Under the pieces are notes generated by a model. It had not been told where the DNA came from. It did no database searches and was given only the letters and a program-made list of their open reading frames with translations. A stretch of DNA of 63,473 bases, the filler included, from Octopus bimaculoides (taxonomy: Eukaryota): the NCBI RefSeq assembly GCF_001194135.2. It is 5 parts of 5 records of this genome, joined end to end, with 100 filler letters (N's around TTAATTAATTAA, not from the genome) between each part and the next. Parts side by side here need not be neighbours in the genome. Positions count along the whole stretch, not along the records: positions 50,189 to 58,863 come from NC_068983.1; positions 58,964 to 63,473 come from NC_068982.1; 3 more parts are not named here. The stretch is one strand, 5' to 3'. This document shows positions 50,750-63,413 of the stretch, piece by piece (position 1 is the stretch's first letter; every line of letters begins with the position of its first letter). The position numbers and the translations under genes were made by a program.

Positions 50750-51330
50750 TTCCTATCAAATTTTGGCACAAAGCAAGCAGTTTTAGGGGGAAGAACAAAC
50801 CGATTACATCGACCCCAGTACACAACTGGTACTTATTTTTTCGATTCTGAAAAGATGAAAGGCAAAGTCGACCTCAGCGGAATTATATGGAAATATTTAA
50901 ACTCCGAATTTTTAAGTAATTTCAGGTAATATCCGTCTGATATGTTGGCACAGGCTAGCAAGTTGGGTCTTTACGTTCTCAGTTCGAATTCTGCGGAGGT
51001 CAGCTTTGTCTTTCAACTTTCTGGATCAATTAAAAAAGTACTGGTTGAGAACTACTAAAGTCGATGCAATCGATTTGACCACAACCCAGAAGTTGCACTA
51101 AAGTTTGAAAACAATATTCTTTTATTCTTTTCTTGGTGTCAGTCATTTGGCTGCGGCGATGCTGGAGCACTAGCTGTAGTCGAACAAATCGACCCCAAGC
51201 GTTACTCTTTGTAAAGCTACTACTTATTCTATCGGTATCTTTTGCCGAGCCACCAAATTACGGGGACATAAACACACCGACATCGGTTGTCAAGCGATAG
51301 TGGGGACACAAACACAGACACACAGACATA
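50750..51330. mobile_element. Cluster of SINE fragments (family A pieces at 50750-50885 and 50960-51115; family C at 51120-51330 on minus)
   Basis: Similarity to other copies in the window. Confidence 0.7.
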
Positions 51331-51334
51331 TATA

Positions 51335-51770
51335 TTACCAACACAGGAGCATGTATCATACATCAAAATGAAGCTGGGCCTCTGTGGATCACATCCTTAC
51401 TTCTCAACATAGTCACCATTTCTCTCAATAGCAATGTTCCACCTTCGAATGAGAGTATGTATCTCTGGAATAAAGTTTGCCTTTCAAACCCTCTTTTATG
51501 GGGCCGAAGTGATGATAGTTCAGTGACGAGGAAGTGGCAACTGTAGTGAAGAAGTGGCTCAAAGAACAGTCAACAGAATTTTACGGAGCAGGGATACATG
51601 CTCTCATTCGAAGGTGGAACATTGCAATTGAGAGAAACGGTGACTGTGTTGAGAAGTAGAGATGTGATCCACAGAGGACCGGCTTCATATTGATGTATGA
51701 TACATGTACCTGTGCTGGTAATTATACCTGTCCTAAACGAAATGGCATTACGTTTTGACTCACCCTCATA
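51335..51770. mobile_element. Mariner-type MITE with long inverted arms (left end truncated)
   Basis: About 51340-51470 is the reverse complement of about 51590-51720; right terminus reads TATGAGGGTGAGTCAAAACG on minus, typical of mariner ends. Confidence 0.8.
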
Positions 51771-52045
51771 TATATATATATANNNNNNNNNNNNNNNNNN
51801 NNNNNNNNNNNNNNNNNNNNNNNNNNNNNNNNNNNNNNNNNNNNNNNNNNNNNNNNNNNNNNNNNNNNNNNNNNNNNNNNNNNNNNNNNNNNNNNNNNNN
51901 NNNNNNNNNNNNNNNNNNNNNNTGTGTGTGTGTGTGTGTGTATGTATATATATGAGCCCGAAATGCAAAGAACCAGGAGGAATGCTGATTGTGTTACCTC
52001 ACCGATTTTGGCCCTAATTTACACGTTAATATTACTATAATAATT

Positions 52046-52455
52046 AAGGCGGCGAGTTGGGCAGAATCGGTAGCACCTCGGACAAAGTGCTAAGCGGTAT
52101 TTCACCGGTTGCTACGTTCTGAGTTCAAATTCCGCCGAGGTCGACATTGCCGTACTTTCTTTCGGGGTCAATAAACTAAGTACCAGTGAGACACTGGGGT
52201 CGATGTAATCGAGTTAATCCCTCCCTCAAAATGGCTGCTCTTGTGGCAAAATTTGAAACCATCATTACTATAATAGCTCGGCCTTTGTGGTCAATAAAGT
52301 AAGTATTGATACTATAATAACTAAAGCGAAGTGCTACTTTGTCTTTCACCCTTTCGAGGTCAATAAAATAAGTACCAGTTGAGTACTGAGGTCGATGTAA
52401 TCGACACATTTTCTCTCTCGCAATTGCTGGCCTTGTGCTAAAATTTCCAACTATT
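52046..52455 (+). mobile_element. Two tandem family A SINEs (complete 52046-52262; partial 52275-52455)
   Basis: GGCGGCGAGTTGGGCAGAATCGGTAGCAC head; repeated AAGTACCAGT...GGTCGATGTAATCGA body. Confidence 0.85.
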
Positions 52456-54185
52456 ATTACAATCGTATCTCAATCTGTTGAAAAAAAAATTAACCTTGTA
52501 CCCAATCAAAAGAAAACGAACAAAAGAATCCAATTATTATAGATTAGTAAATAGCTAGTCATAAAATCTGCAAATAAATTGGGTCCAAATAGAGTTTTAA
52601 TTCCAGTTGAGGTCACTTAAGATAGTCGTGTGTTTGTGATAGGTACGAGTAAAAACACACAGACAAATTAAATATGCATTTCTGATAAAGATACACACAA
52701 AGTATATTTGCATTGTGAAACTAAAGCGAAATACAAACAGAATTAGTGGAAATAGTAATAATTTATTTTGATGCGCTATATAAAGAGGAAAATATGATGA
52801 TATTGTAATTAAAAATAAATATTAAAAAGTCAGCAAGAAAATGTCCTTGTCAAAATATTTTTTATTGAAGAAATAAATCCATATTTTAATGAATACGAAG
52901 CGACAATGTAGGCTGAAAGAAGAGAAAAACTATATTTTATCGCATAAAAATAATAAAAAAGGAAATCAGTAATAATGCTTGCAATATTTCCATGAAAAGA
53001 ATTTGCCAAAAACCAAGCAAATACAACAGCGAAATCAATATTCAATTTTTCTTTGTATATTATTTGTTAATTTTTCCTCTTCAATAGCACTGGATTTCAA
53101 AAGTAAGGCAATTATTTCGGCTAAATATAATGAGAAGCAATATTAATATTTGCAATTTTTTTAATGTATATTTATTACATATTGTTGTTTTAATTTATTA
53201 CAATAACTAATTTTTATGTTAGGTTTTTACAAAAAATTATCAAAGGTTAACAAAAAAGATCGAAATTCACGAAACAAAACGAAATAAAAACGTGAGAGAG
53301 AAAAACGAAAATGTCGTGAAAGAAAGGAAACAGAAAAGAATATGTAAACAGAAAAAGTAAATTAAAATAAAAGTCTATCATTAATTAATATGTATTTCTT
53401 TTGTAATTTAAATCATTGTGTATTTGAAAAGATATTAAAATTCCGTACATAATGGTATGTGTGCTGGTATTTCAGTATATATACATATATATATATACGT
53501 ATTGCGTATATGTATATACATGTATATATANNNNNNNNNNNNNNNNNNNNNNNNNNNNNNNNNNNNNNNNNNNNNNNNNNNNNNNNNNNNNNNNNNNNNN
53601 NNNNNNNNNNNNNNNNNNNNNNNNNNNNNNNNNNNNNNNNNNNNNNNNNNNNNNNNNNNNNNNNNNNNNNNNNNNNNNNNNNNNNNNNNNNNNNNNNNNN
53701 NNNNNNNNNNNNNNNNNNNNNNNNNNNNNNNNNNNNNNNNNNNNNNATATATATATATATATATATATATAGACATATTTCCTTCATGGCAAGAAAACGA
53801 TCTCTTCTCAACTTTACATCTTTCATTAATTTTTTTATCACAAAGAAAATAAAGCAGGCATAAATGTATATGCTTATGTGCGTGATAGTGTACACCTATA
53901 CATATACACGCATAAATCAACATATAATGCTTACATATATATACATATATATGCGTGTGTATATGTATATCTATATGTATAAATATGAATATATGCATAT
54001 ATATATATGTAGGTAGATAGATAGATAGATAGATATTTAGATAGATAGATATTATTACAAATTAAAAGGGTAAAGGATTATCAATTTATTAATTAATAAA
54101 TCAATTAACAATTAACACTTTTTACCAAGCCCATCGGTATGAAAGCACCATTATTGGTGGAGAACTTATTTAAAAGCTCATATAT

Positions 54186-54231
54186 ATTTATAAATATAAT
54201 TAAGGGAGATCCCTTAATTATATTTATGAAT
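54186..54231. repeat. Perfect 18-bp inverted repeat with 2-nt loop
   Basis: ATAAATATAATTAAGGGA-GA-TCCCTTAATTATATTTAT. Confidence 0.9.
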
Positions 54232-54779
54232 AGATAGACAGATAGATAGTTAGATATATTGCACTTTCACACACTCACAAGTATATATATANNNNNNNNN
54301 NNNNNNNNNNNNNNNNNNNNNNNNNNNNNNNNNNNNNNNNNNNNNNNNNNNNNNNNATATATATATATATATATACCCGATGAGGTGCTTAAGGAGATCA
54401 ATAATTAGATGGTAAGCTGCTTTGAATTTAAGTTCATTATTTGCTTAATAAAATTTCCACCTGGGTGTTTCGTATCTCATTTATGCTTTCTTTTGTATTT
54501 TACATTTAAGACATCGTTTATTAATTACTCCGAGACGAAAGAAAAGATGATGCATATAAATTTCGTAGGTCTTGCAGAGAATACTGTGATTGATTCAATT
54601 GAAGTTTAGCTTGAACGATTTGGAGGAGCACACGTAAATTATACCAAAGGCAGCACTTATAACTTTAGTTATGGACGATGTGTTTGGCTGAGGAGGTTTA
54701 AGAACATTTAAGCGCCATAGAGAGATGTATGCAATGCATGAGATTTCAAAGGATCACAATGCAGTTTTAATTACAGAGA

Positions 54780-55100
54780 ATAAGGGAAAATGGGGTGTAT
54801 TTAACCTAGTGTGTTCATCTGCCGACGTAGGCCTTACGTCCCCTTAGGCAGAGAAGGGCAAACTATCAAAATATCGTCTACCGTCTCACAAATGTTTGGT
54901 CGAGCCTGTGAAAGTAAGTGGAAACCTTAGGCATTTACGGTTGCGGACCAGATTTCTGTTCACCGTGAGTCAGAGTGGCTGTTCCAGCGAATCTCTGTCC
55001 CCATCCACCAAGGCAACGCCTTTTCTGTTCTTTCTACTGAGACTATGAGGTGGATTACAGGATAACACACAATCTGCCTAATTAGGCACTGCTCATATTC
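54780..55100 (+). mobile_element. CRE-like (REL-endonuclease) non-LTR retrotransposon 3' fragment
   Basis: AEKGKLSKY..., VETLGIYG, EWLFQRISVPIHQGNAFSVLST match the K..KY / ETLG..G / L.QR.S.A.QRGNA..V C-terminus of CRE-clade proteins. Confidence 0.65.
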
Positions 55101-56367
55101 CGCAGAAAGTTCTTTCTGTTTGAAGTCTCAGACCTGATGAAAGCAGCATTAAAGGAAAATCAGTTGGTAGTTGTAGGATGTTCGCCAGTATGTTTCTTAC
55201 TTGTACGTTTCTGAGTAAATATGTTTCTAGAACTTGTTATTGATTGTAGATCTGGAAAACCACAACATTTCAAATTTTCCTGTTTTTTTAATTATCTTCA
55301 AATATCTGCCAAGCGATCCGTAGGAATGGATTGAATGGACAGCTGGCACACTCAAGACTCTCCTTGGGAATGTTTCAAACAAAATCCAAATCCCACACAA
55401 CAGCACATACACGTCGCCTAAGCCTAATTGTCCAATCACCATATGTCTGTGGTCTTATGTATTGTATAAAATCGCTTGTAGTAAACGCAATGAATCCTAC
55501 AATGGAAATATTTTCGAACAGTTGAATGCATGGTTTAAAAGACCACCTCAATGTTCATCATCTTCTGTCAAAATACATATGCAGAAAAGCCACAGCCTAG
55601 ACATCTAGGTTTACATTGTCGGTACAAAATGAAACACCGGGAACCTGTGAATAAAAGAAGCCATCAGCATTAACAAGAATCGTATTAACAGCAGAACCGA
55701 ACTTCTGGTAGCTGAGTAATTATTATAACAATGCTATCTTGAGCGCGCAAAGCCCTGCTCCTCCATATAAGCCCCCCCACACACACACACAGTCATGCAC
55801 TGTAAAGCAGAGTAGACAAAGTTAACTTTCAACACTTAATTTTCGATTTCGCTTTCCTAATAAAAAATCCTGATCCTGACCCTGAGACATAAAAATGAAA
55901 TAAAAGTGAAAACTATTGGTTCCTTTTATTTCTTATAACTCGGATTGACTTGACTTTGCAAAACTATCAAAATATGTACTGTAAATTACACAATGCTTCA
56001 AATAAACTACATTAGTCTACAGTCCTTAGATTTATTTACTGTAAAATTTTACAGCATAATTACATTGAACATCTGCAGGTAAATAACTTCGGAAACAAAG
56101 ATATATAAACCCTCTAATGAAGGCTTGATTTTTAAAAAAATTTGATATAACGTAAAAGATTTTTTTTTTTTCTAAAAGAACCAGTACCGAAAAAATATTG
56201 CAATCAAGATTCCAGATATATTTAGCCTGCAAAAGTAGGCAAAGAATTTGTATCAGCAAAATATGAACATTATTTCAACAGCTCACAGAATTACATATAT
56301 TTTAAAATCAAGAACAAGATGGAGTGATTTAGTTGCAGGCAATCGGTCTTTTTTATAGTATTTAATG

Positions 56368-56398
<31 letters not shown>

Positions 56399-56625
56399 GC
56401 ACNNNNNNNNNNNNNNNNNNNNNNNNNNNNNNNNNNNNNNNNNNNNNNNNNNNNNNNNNNNNNNNNNNNNNNNNNNNNNNNNNNNNNNNNNNNNNNNNNN
56501 NNNNNNNNNNNNNNNNNNNNNNNNNNNNNNNNNNNNNNNNNNNNNNNNNNNNNNNNNNNNNNNNNNNNNNNNNNNNNNNNNNNNNNNNNNNNNNNNNNNN
56601 NNNNNNNNNNNNNNNNNNNNNNNNN

Positions 56626-56670
<45 letters not shown>

Positions 56671-57400
56671 GTATCATTTGTTCACAACCATTTGGAAAAC
56701 GCTGTTCAATGAGCATCACGTTGTAACAATATTACTTTGCTACATATCTATCCATCAAAATGAAGCATCTACTTGTTTTATTTTTACTCTTGTAAGGATT
56801 GATGACTTCGGATTTGAGAGGATGCAAATAATGTTTTCCGACTAAAGAAGATTTATAAGAATCTTAAAAATAATATTATCTATATGCACAACAATGCAAA
56901 ACAACTTCATTTCTTCAGAGATTGATTTAAGAGAGAAAACGTATTGGTGTTCCTTTAAAAAAATTGTTAGTAAACTCTGTAGTAATGCGAAATAAAAGGA
57001 AAGAAAAAGAAATTTGATAATTTTGGCAGAATGCAGATTTTTTTCACATTTTAAGGGATCATTTTAACAATGAAACGAAATATCAGAAAAATTGCAAATA
57101 GGAAAGCATATATCATATCTTATACGCAATTATGTGGAATGAGTAAAAATAAATACATTCTGAAAATATTGAATATCAAGAACTTTTCTGATATATGTTA
57201 AAGTATCTCATCCTCATCGGCATCACCATCATCATCAACACCATCAACTTCATCATCGTCGTCGTCGTCGTCGTCGTCATCATCATCACTCACATGATTA
57301 TTATAATATTCATAACATTTTGACTCAAAGAAAATACCGTCAAGGTTGTGTCTTGTCTCAAAACGTTACATGCATCAAAACTATATTATTATCATTATTA

Positions 57401-57467
<67 letters not shown>

Positions 57468-57477
57468 CATCATTATT

Positions 57478-57802
57478 ACTTTTAATCCGCATCTTTGTTA
57501 CAGTCACTTGCCGAGACGCACCCAGCATCCTGGGGCAAATGAACGATAGGCGATGTTACAGTATGGCTGAAAGTTTGGGGAGGGGAAGTAGTGAAATATA
57601 TTCATGTAATACAACACATACATTTAAATGGATAGGGTTTTTCTACAGATGTGAGCAGTACTTGTCAGCACAATCTTTTGGATTTCTCTGAGACATGGTT
57701 CTCCTGGGATCTTATCTAGATGTTTCTGACATCCCATTTTTATCATACCTAGGGCACCTACAATAACAGGAACAATTCTTGTTTTAAGATGCCACATGTT
57801 TA

Positions 57803-57803
<1 letters not shown>
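57478..57803 (-). mobile_element. 5'-truncated R4/Dong-like non-LTR retrotransposon inserted in (TAA)n
   Basis: MWHLKTRIVPVIVGALGMIK...IPGEPCLREIQKIVLTSTAHI (REL C-terminus) plus 3' UTR; (AAT)n tracts on both sides. Confidence 0.8.
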
Positions 57804-57861
<58 letters not shown>

Positions 57862-57869
57862 TTTTAAAA

Positions 57870-58090
57870 AAAGGCCGCGTGCTGGTAGAGTCGTCAGCAC
57901 GCCGGGCAAAATGCTTAACGGTATTTCGCCCGTCTTTACGTTCTTAGATGAAAATTCGCCGGGGTCGACTTTGCCTTTCATCTTTTCGGGGATCATAAAT
58001 TAAGTACCAGTCAAGTACTGGGGTCGATGTGATCTCCTTTTCCCCTCCCAAAAAATTCCAGGCCTTGTGCCTATAGTAGAAAGGGCTACT
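57870..58090 (+). mobile_element. tRNA-derived SINE (family A), CpG-intact
   Basis: GCTGGTAGAGTCGTCAGCACGCCGGGCAAAATGCTTAACGG...GGGGTCGACTTTGCC. Confidence 0.85.
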
Positions 58091-58489
58091 ATTAATTTTA
58101 ATATTTTCAGTAGTTCCTACGTCATATCACATGTTTCCGCTGCACAACTAAATGTGTTTCTACCTGTCTTTAAAGCCTGCTCCGTTGATTTTTGGTTTTG
58201 TAGTTTATGTGGTATTATGATTACTCTACGAGATACATATATATATTTATATATTTTCTAGTAGGGCCATTTTCTTTACCGTCTACATATTTGGAATTCT
58301 TCGGATTTCAGTAATGCATTTCACTGAATGTTTTTAATCGTTTCCAAAGCACCTATTATTTTCAGGAACTTTTCAGATTCCCACATACTACTTAACTTCA
58401 TTTCCTAATCTGTATATTTGCATAATTTCACGAGTTCTTTTAGCGATGCAATATTGACTATTCGAAAAGATGCATTCATAAGGATGCAC

Positions 58490-58863
58490 TTTATTCTTTG
58501 GTGGCACTTAGTAACAAAACATGACAGATTAGTCTTTGATGCAGGCATCGATAGCGTTGGCTCGGTTGGTAGGAAAGCAAATTCACGCCTCGTAGATCTG
58601 CTTAAGCACTTTCAGGCAGCAGATCGTTACAGGCTTGACCATCCGAACGCCCCAGAGCGGACTTGGATTAATAGCGACGGAAGGTTCAAGTCTTACTTAG
58701 ACAGGATAGTTATAAGAACTAGAGATAAGGATAGTTTTAGATGTCCACAGCTTGTCCAAGTAGCTTACACTTACCATAGAATGGTTAAATGCAGATTGGA
58801 CAGAGATAGTAGTTAAGAGAAGATCCAGCAACTGGAAGCTAAACAAGTCTATTTTAGCTTGCG
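58490..58863 (+). mobile_element. L1/Tx1-clade APE endonuclease fragment, running into a gap
   Basis: DRYRLDHPNAPERTWINSDGRFKSYLDRIVI...YTYHRMVKC...NWKLNKSIL (SYLDRI, DH, WKLN motifs). Confidence 0.8.
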
Positions 58864-58963
58864 NNNNNNNNNNNNNNNNNNNNNNNNNNNNNNNNNNNNN
58901 NNNNNNNTTAATTAATTAANNNNNNNNNNNNNNNNNNNNNNNNNNNNNNNNNNNNNNNNNNNN

Positions 58964-59024
<61 letters not shown>

Positions 59025-59949
59025 TACATATATATATATACATATATGTATGTATACATATGCATATGCCGGTATATATATATGGATGCATGTGTATATA
59101 TATGTATATATATATGTATATACTTATATTCATATGTATCATATATACATATATATGTATGTATATAAGTATGTATATATGTGTATTTATAAAGAGAGAA
59201 AGAGAGGGAGAGCGAGAGAAAGAGAGGGAGAGCGAGAGAGAGATAGATAAAGAAAGATGGATTGAGATTGATAGACATAGGGACAGACAAACAAACAGAC
59301 AGATGGACAGCTATTCTTCTGAAACTTTGAAAAGTATCAATTTACGGCATTAGATTAACAACAGGCAGTTGTATGTTTTCGTTGTATCTTAAATATAAAA
59401 TGAATGCTAGTTCTGTGAATTCGACGTCTTCGAGTGATATCTGTCAATTCCTAAACCACTTTTGACTCCGGTGTTGATATTTGGAAATAAATACAGAAAC
59501 ATTCATACCAACGACATCGACATGATAACATACGTGAAGAGAATTCTATTGTCTAAAAACTATGAACGAAAAAACAAACTTCAATGGTCAATTTGATGTC
59601 ATCTTGGTCAATTAGGGCAAAGTTGACTTTGTCAACTTGACTGAGTATACATTTTAGAAAAATGAAAGACGAAATTCAAACATTGAATGCATGAATAATA
59701 CTTAGCTATCCCGCACCAAATCATTCCTGCCTCTAGAATTTTTAAATGTAAATTCTCCTCTATTACTTTTTCTCTCTCTCTCACTCTCTCTCCCCCTCCC
59801 CTCTCTCTCCTTTTTTTTATATTGCTTTCTCTCACTTCCTCTGTAAATGTGTATACATATCCCCAAACACATATCTACATGCATGCATACATTTATACAT
59901 CCATACATACATATATGCAAATGCATATTAACCTCATTATCATGATCCA

Positions 59950-60330
59950 TTTTTGTACTCCGAACGGAACATAGGTTCTGCAGAGCAAACTTCCAGTGTA
60001 TTCTGTTATGTGCTTTGCTTTCCGTTTCTTTCCAATGTCTTCTCTATCACTCTCAGTTCTTTTCAGCCATTATTCGCCAGGCGATCAGCGATCGTCTTTT
60101 ACTCTTCACTTGCTTCCCTTCCGAAACATCCCTCTAATCTTTTTCAGGCATAGTATACCCAGCTCATTTTACAGTTCGCTATTTGTTAACTGATTGGTTC
60201 CTACGTGGCTTGGGCTCAGAAGACTTGGTTGCTCACTTTTTGTAGATAGTACTCAGCTCTGAGTACATTGTTTCTTATAGCGAGAGACGGAAGATTATGA
60301 AGCTGGTCACAATTCCTGTCACTCAATAAT
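59950..60330 (-). mobile_element. RTE-clade LINE extreme 3' fragment, decayed
   Basis: Minus strand ...WRIMAEK...HWKETESKAHNRIHWKFALQNLCSVRSTK resembles the TWR..AE.E...W......AQDR..W.....LC C-terminus. Confidence 0.55.
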
Positions 60331-60548
60331 TAATATCACACGCATACATAACACACATACACGCACACGCACTCGCACACACTCACATGTATGTTTGTAT
60401 GTATACGCTTGCATATATATATGTATATATATATATGTGTGCATATATGTATATACGAACATGTGTGTGTATAAATGCATTTACATATTGATGCCTATAA
60501 GAGCGCGTGTATAAGTGTAAGTGTACACATACACACGGGCACAGACTC

Positions 60549-60640
<92 letters not shown>

Positions 60641-60874
60641 AACGATAGCTCAGCTTAGATGTATGGAAATGATATCCTTTCATTGCCATCTCTATTCTCA
60701 TTGCTTCTCGTTATGTATTATTCTTTCATATTTCTTTTTAAGTCGTTATAGTTGTTATACCTGCAGAAATGTTAAGAGATGTATCTACACTTGAAACGGA
60801 ATATTGAAATCTTGACGGTGTGCAGATGGCCCATCCATTAAACTTAAGTAGCATCTGCGATATCTTAAGTACTA

Positions 60875-61062
60875 ACATTATTTACATTTGACGGATATTT
60901 GTCCTCATCTTGTTTGTTGTTAACACAACGTTTCGGCTGATATACTGGAGGGTATATCAGCCGAAACTTTGTGTTAACAACAAACAAGATGAGAAGATGA
61001 GGACAAATATCCGTCAAATGTAAATAATGTTAATAATTCCTCATCTCTTAAATATAGAACTG
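60875..61062. mobile_element. About 158-bp near-perfect palindrome insertion with a 14-bp flanking direct repeat
   Basis: 60874-61031 folds with a 6-nt loop (TGGAGG), one mismatch and one 8-nt bulge; TATCTTAAGTACTA occurs at 60861-60874 and 61063-61076. Confidence 0.85.
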
Positions 61063-61489
61063 TATCTTAAGTACTATATAAAAACCATGTCTAGCTCTGC
61101 CAGAGGTATTGTGTTCTATCTACTTGTTCAATATTCATCTTGTAACAAGTAAATATCTGTGCCTATCTATATAAGTTTGTATCTGTGTACCTCCCACTGT
61201 GTCTAGCTATGTATCTGTGGTTTTATGTATTTGTATATATATGTATGGGCGTATGTGTGTATTTTTTTTTTTTCTGAGCAGGATTTCTGGTTAGGAAGTC
61301 ATTCCTATCTGTGGTTGCCTGTTATGTTATTCTTGCAGTCGTAGTCGTAGTTCTGCAGCTATGATAAAATTAGTGATGCTGTTTAGCTTCCATAATGTAC
61401 GTTTGTTGCCAAATTGATTTCATTACATTTCAAACTATTTTCCTTTTTGTCTAATTTTTATGCTTGTGTTTAATTTAATTTTTTCAGTG

Positions 61490-61550
61490 ATTTTATTATC
61501 ATTATTATTATCATTATCGTTATTATTATTACTATTATTATTATTATTAC

Positions 61551-61583
<33 letters not shown>

Positions 61584-61691
61584 CGAAATGCACAAACATT
61601 AACAGATGTAATTCTCTGCAAATCCACGTTAATAGATTGTCTTTACTAAAATAAACTTCAATCTATTAATCTTATATTCTTGTTGTTTATT

Positions 61692-61765
<74 letters not shown>

Positions 61766-61810
61766 CTTTTTTTATTATTAGCACTATCATCATCATCATT
61801 ATTATTGTTA

Positions 61811-61871
<61 letters not shown>

Positions 61872-61910
61872 CATCGTCATCATCATCATCACCATCATCA
61901 TTACCATTGC
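61490..61910. repeat. (ATT)n / (AAT)n / (ATC)n microsatellite cluster
   Basis: Direct inspection. Confidence 0.9.
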
Positions 61911-62779
61911 ACGTTGTGATGCTTGTTAGTTTTGCGATTGTTTTTTGTTTCCTTATTATTTGTAGTATGGTATCTATTGTTATTATTATTCTCTTTCTTC
62001 TGTTTTCACTGTCTCTCTCCCCTCTCCCCCTCTCTCCTTCTCTCTTTCTTTTTTTCTTTCTTTCTTTCTGTCTTTTCTCTCTCTCTCTCTCTTTCTCTCT
62101 TTCTCTCCCTCACTCACGCATATTCAAACACGTATGCACACAAACACACATCGTTCTCTTAATAGGTCTCATGCCCTCCTATTCTGCATCAAAATTTATT
62201 TATTTATTCATTCATTTATTTATTCATCCATTGCTCTTTATCAATATTTATAAATTTGTTAGCTAACTTCGGCGAAACAACGCAACCGGAAGCTGAGCCA
62301 TCAGCGATATTGCTTCCGTTTTTCTCAAATCGTCTCCTCCCTCCCTTGCCTTCGTTACAGCGCTCTTCACATCTTTGCCAACCTATCCTCCACCATTTCC
62401 GATGACTGAAACCCCATCTGCCACCAACCACAACCAATACCCTACAACCAGTTAACTCTACCACATCATCTTCTACACCCACGCACAACATATTCTGCAT
62501 CTTTTCGTTTGCCAATAACATCTATGCCCACGAAGTCTGTAGATCTCTACGGCACTGAAGCCCCACATTTGTTGTTCTGTCCGTTATTCATGGTGTTACT
62601 AATATTGATTTTGTTGTTATTACTGTTGTTTCCTGTTAGTATCGTTGTTGATGTTGATGCTGTTGGTGATTATATTTTCTCTTTCTGTTGTTACTCTTAG
62701 CGTCAGCTCTTATTGCTCTTCATACCGCCATAGTAAATTATAGTTATTGTTGATGTTGTTGTTGTTGCAGATGCCGTTC

Positions 62780-63364
62780 CTGTCCGTATTATTATTTTTA
62801 TGTGATTATCGTTGATGTTGTTGTTGTTGATGACGGTAATGCTAATACTGATGTTGATTCTGATCATGATGATCATGGTAATAAAATAGCGATTATAATG
62901 ACGATAATGATAATAATGAGGTTAATGCTACATTGAGCAAACTAAAGATGATGATGATGTTGGTGATAGTGATGATGTTGGTGGTGGTGGTGGTGGTGGT
63001 GGTGGTGGTGACGAAGGTGGTGATAATTACGATGACTGGTAAAGAGGTTGATGATGAAAAGGAGAAGAGTGATGACTATAGTGTTGCTGGCACTGATGAT
63101 GAAGATCGTGATGGTATTTGCAATGGCGGTTCCATGGTGATGATGCTGAGTATTTAAAATTACAAACAGAATGAAAGAAATAATGGGTAAGTGGAAGATG
63201 AGGATGATGGTGTTTATGATGAGGATGATGATGGTGGTGGTGGTAATGATGATTATGATGATGATGATGATGATGGGGCTGTTGGTGATGGTGGTAGCAT
63301 GGGGGTGGGCGGGTTTTTGGCGGCGGTGCTGCTGTCGTCGTGACGATGCTACTACTTCTGCAAC

Positions 63365-63413
<49 letters not shown>

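Noticed and set aside
55227-55525. Short hydrophobic ORFs, one loosely like a GPCR TM3-TM4 segment
   Set aside because: No diagnostic motif, and a stop follows quickly.
62260-62600. CpG-containing, GC-richer segment with an ACCGGAAG (ETS-like) motif; possible exon or promoter
   Set aside because: No convincing ORF or splice sites, and a single short motif is not evidence.
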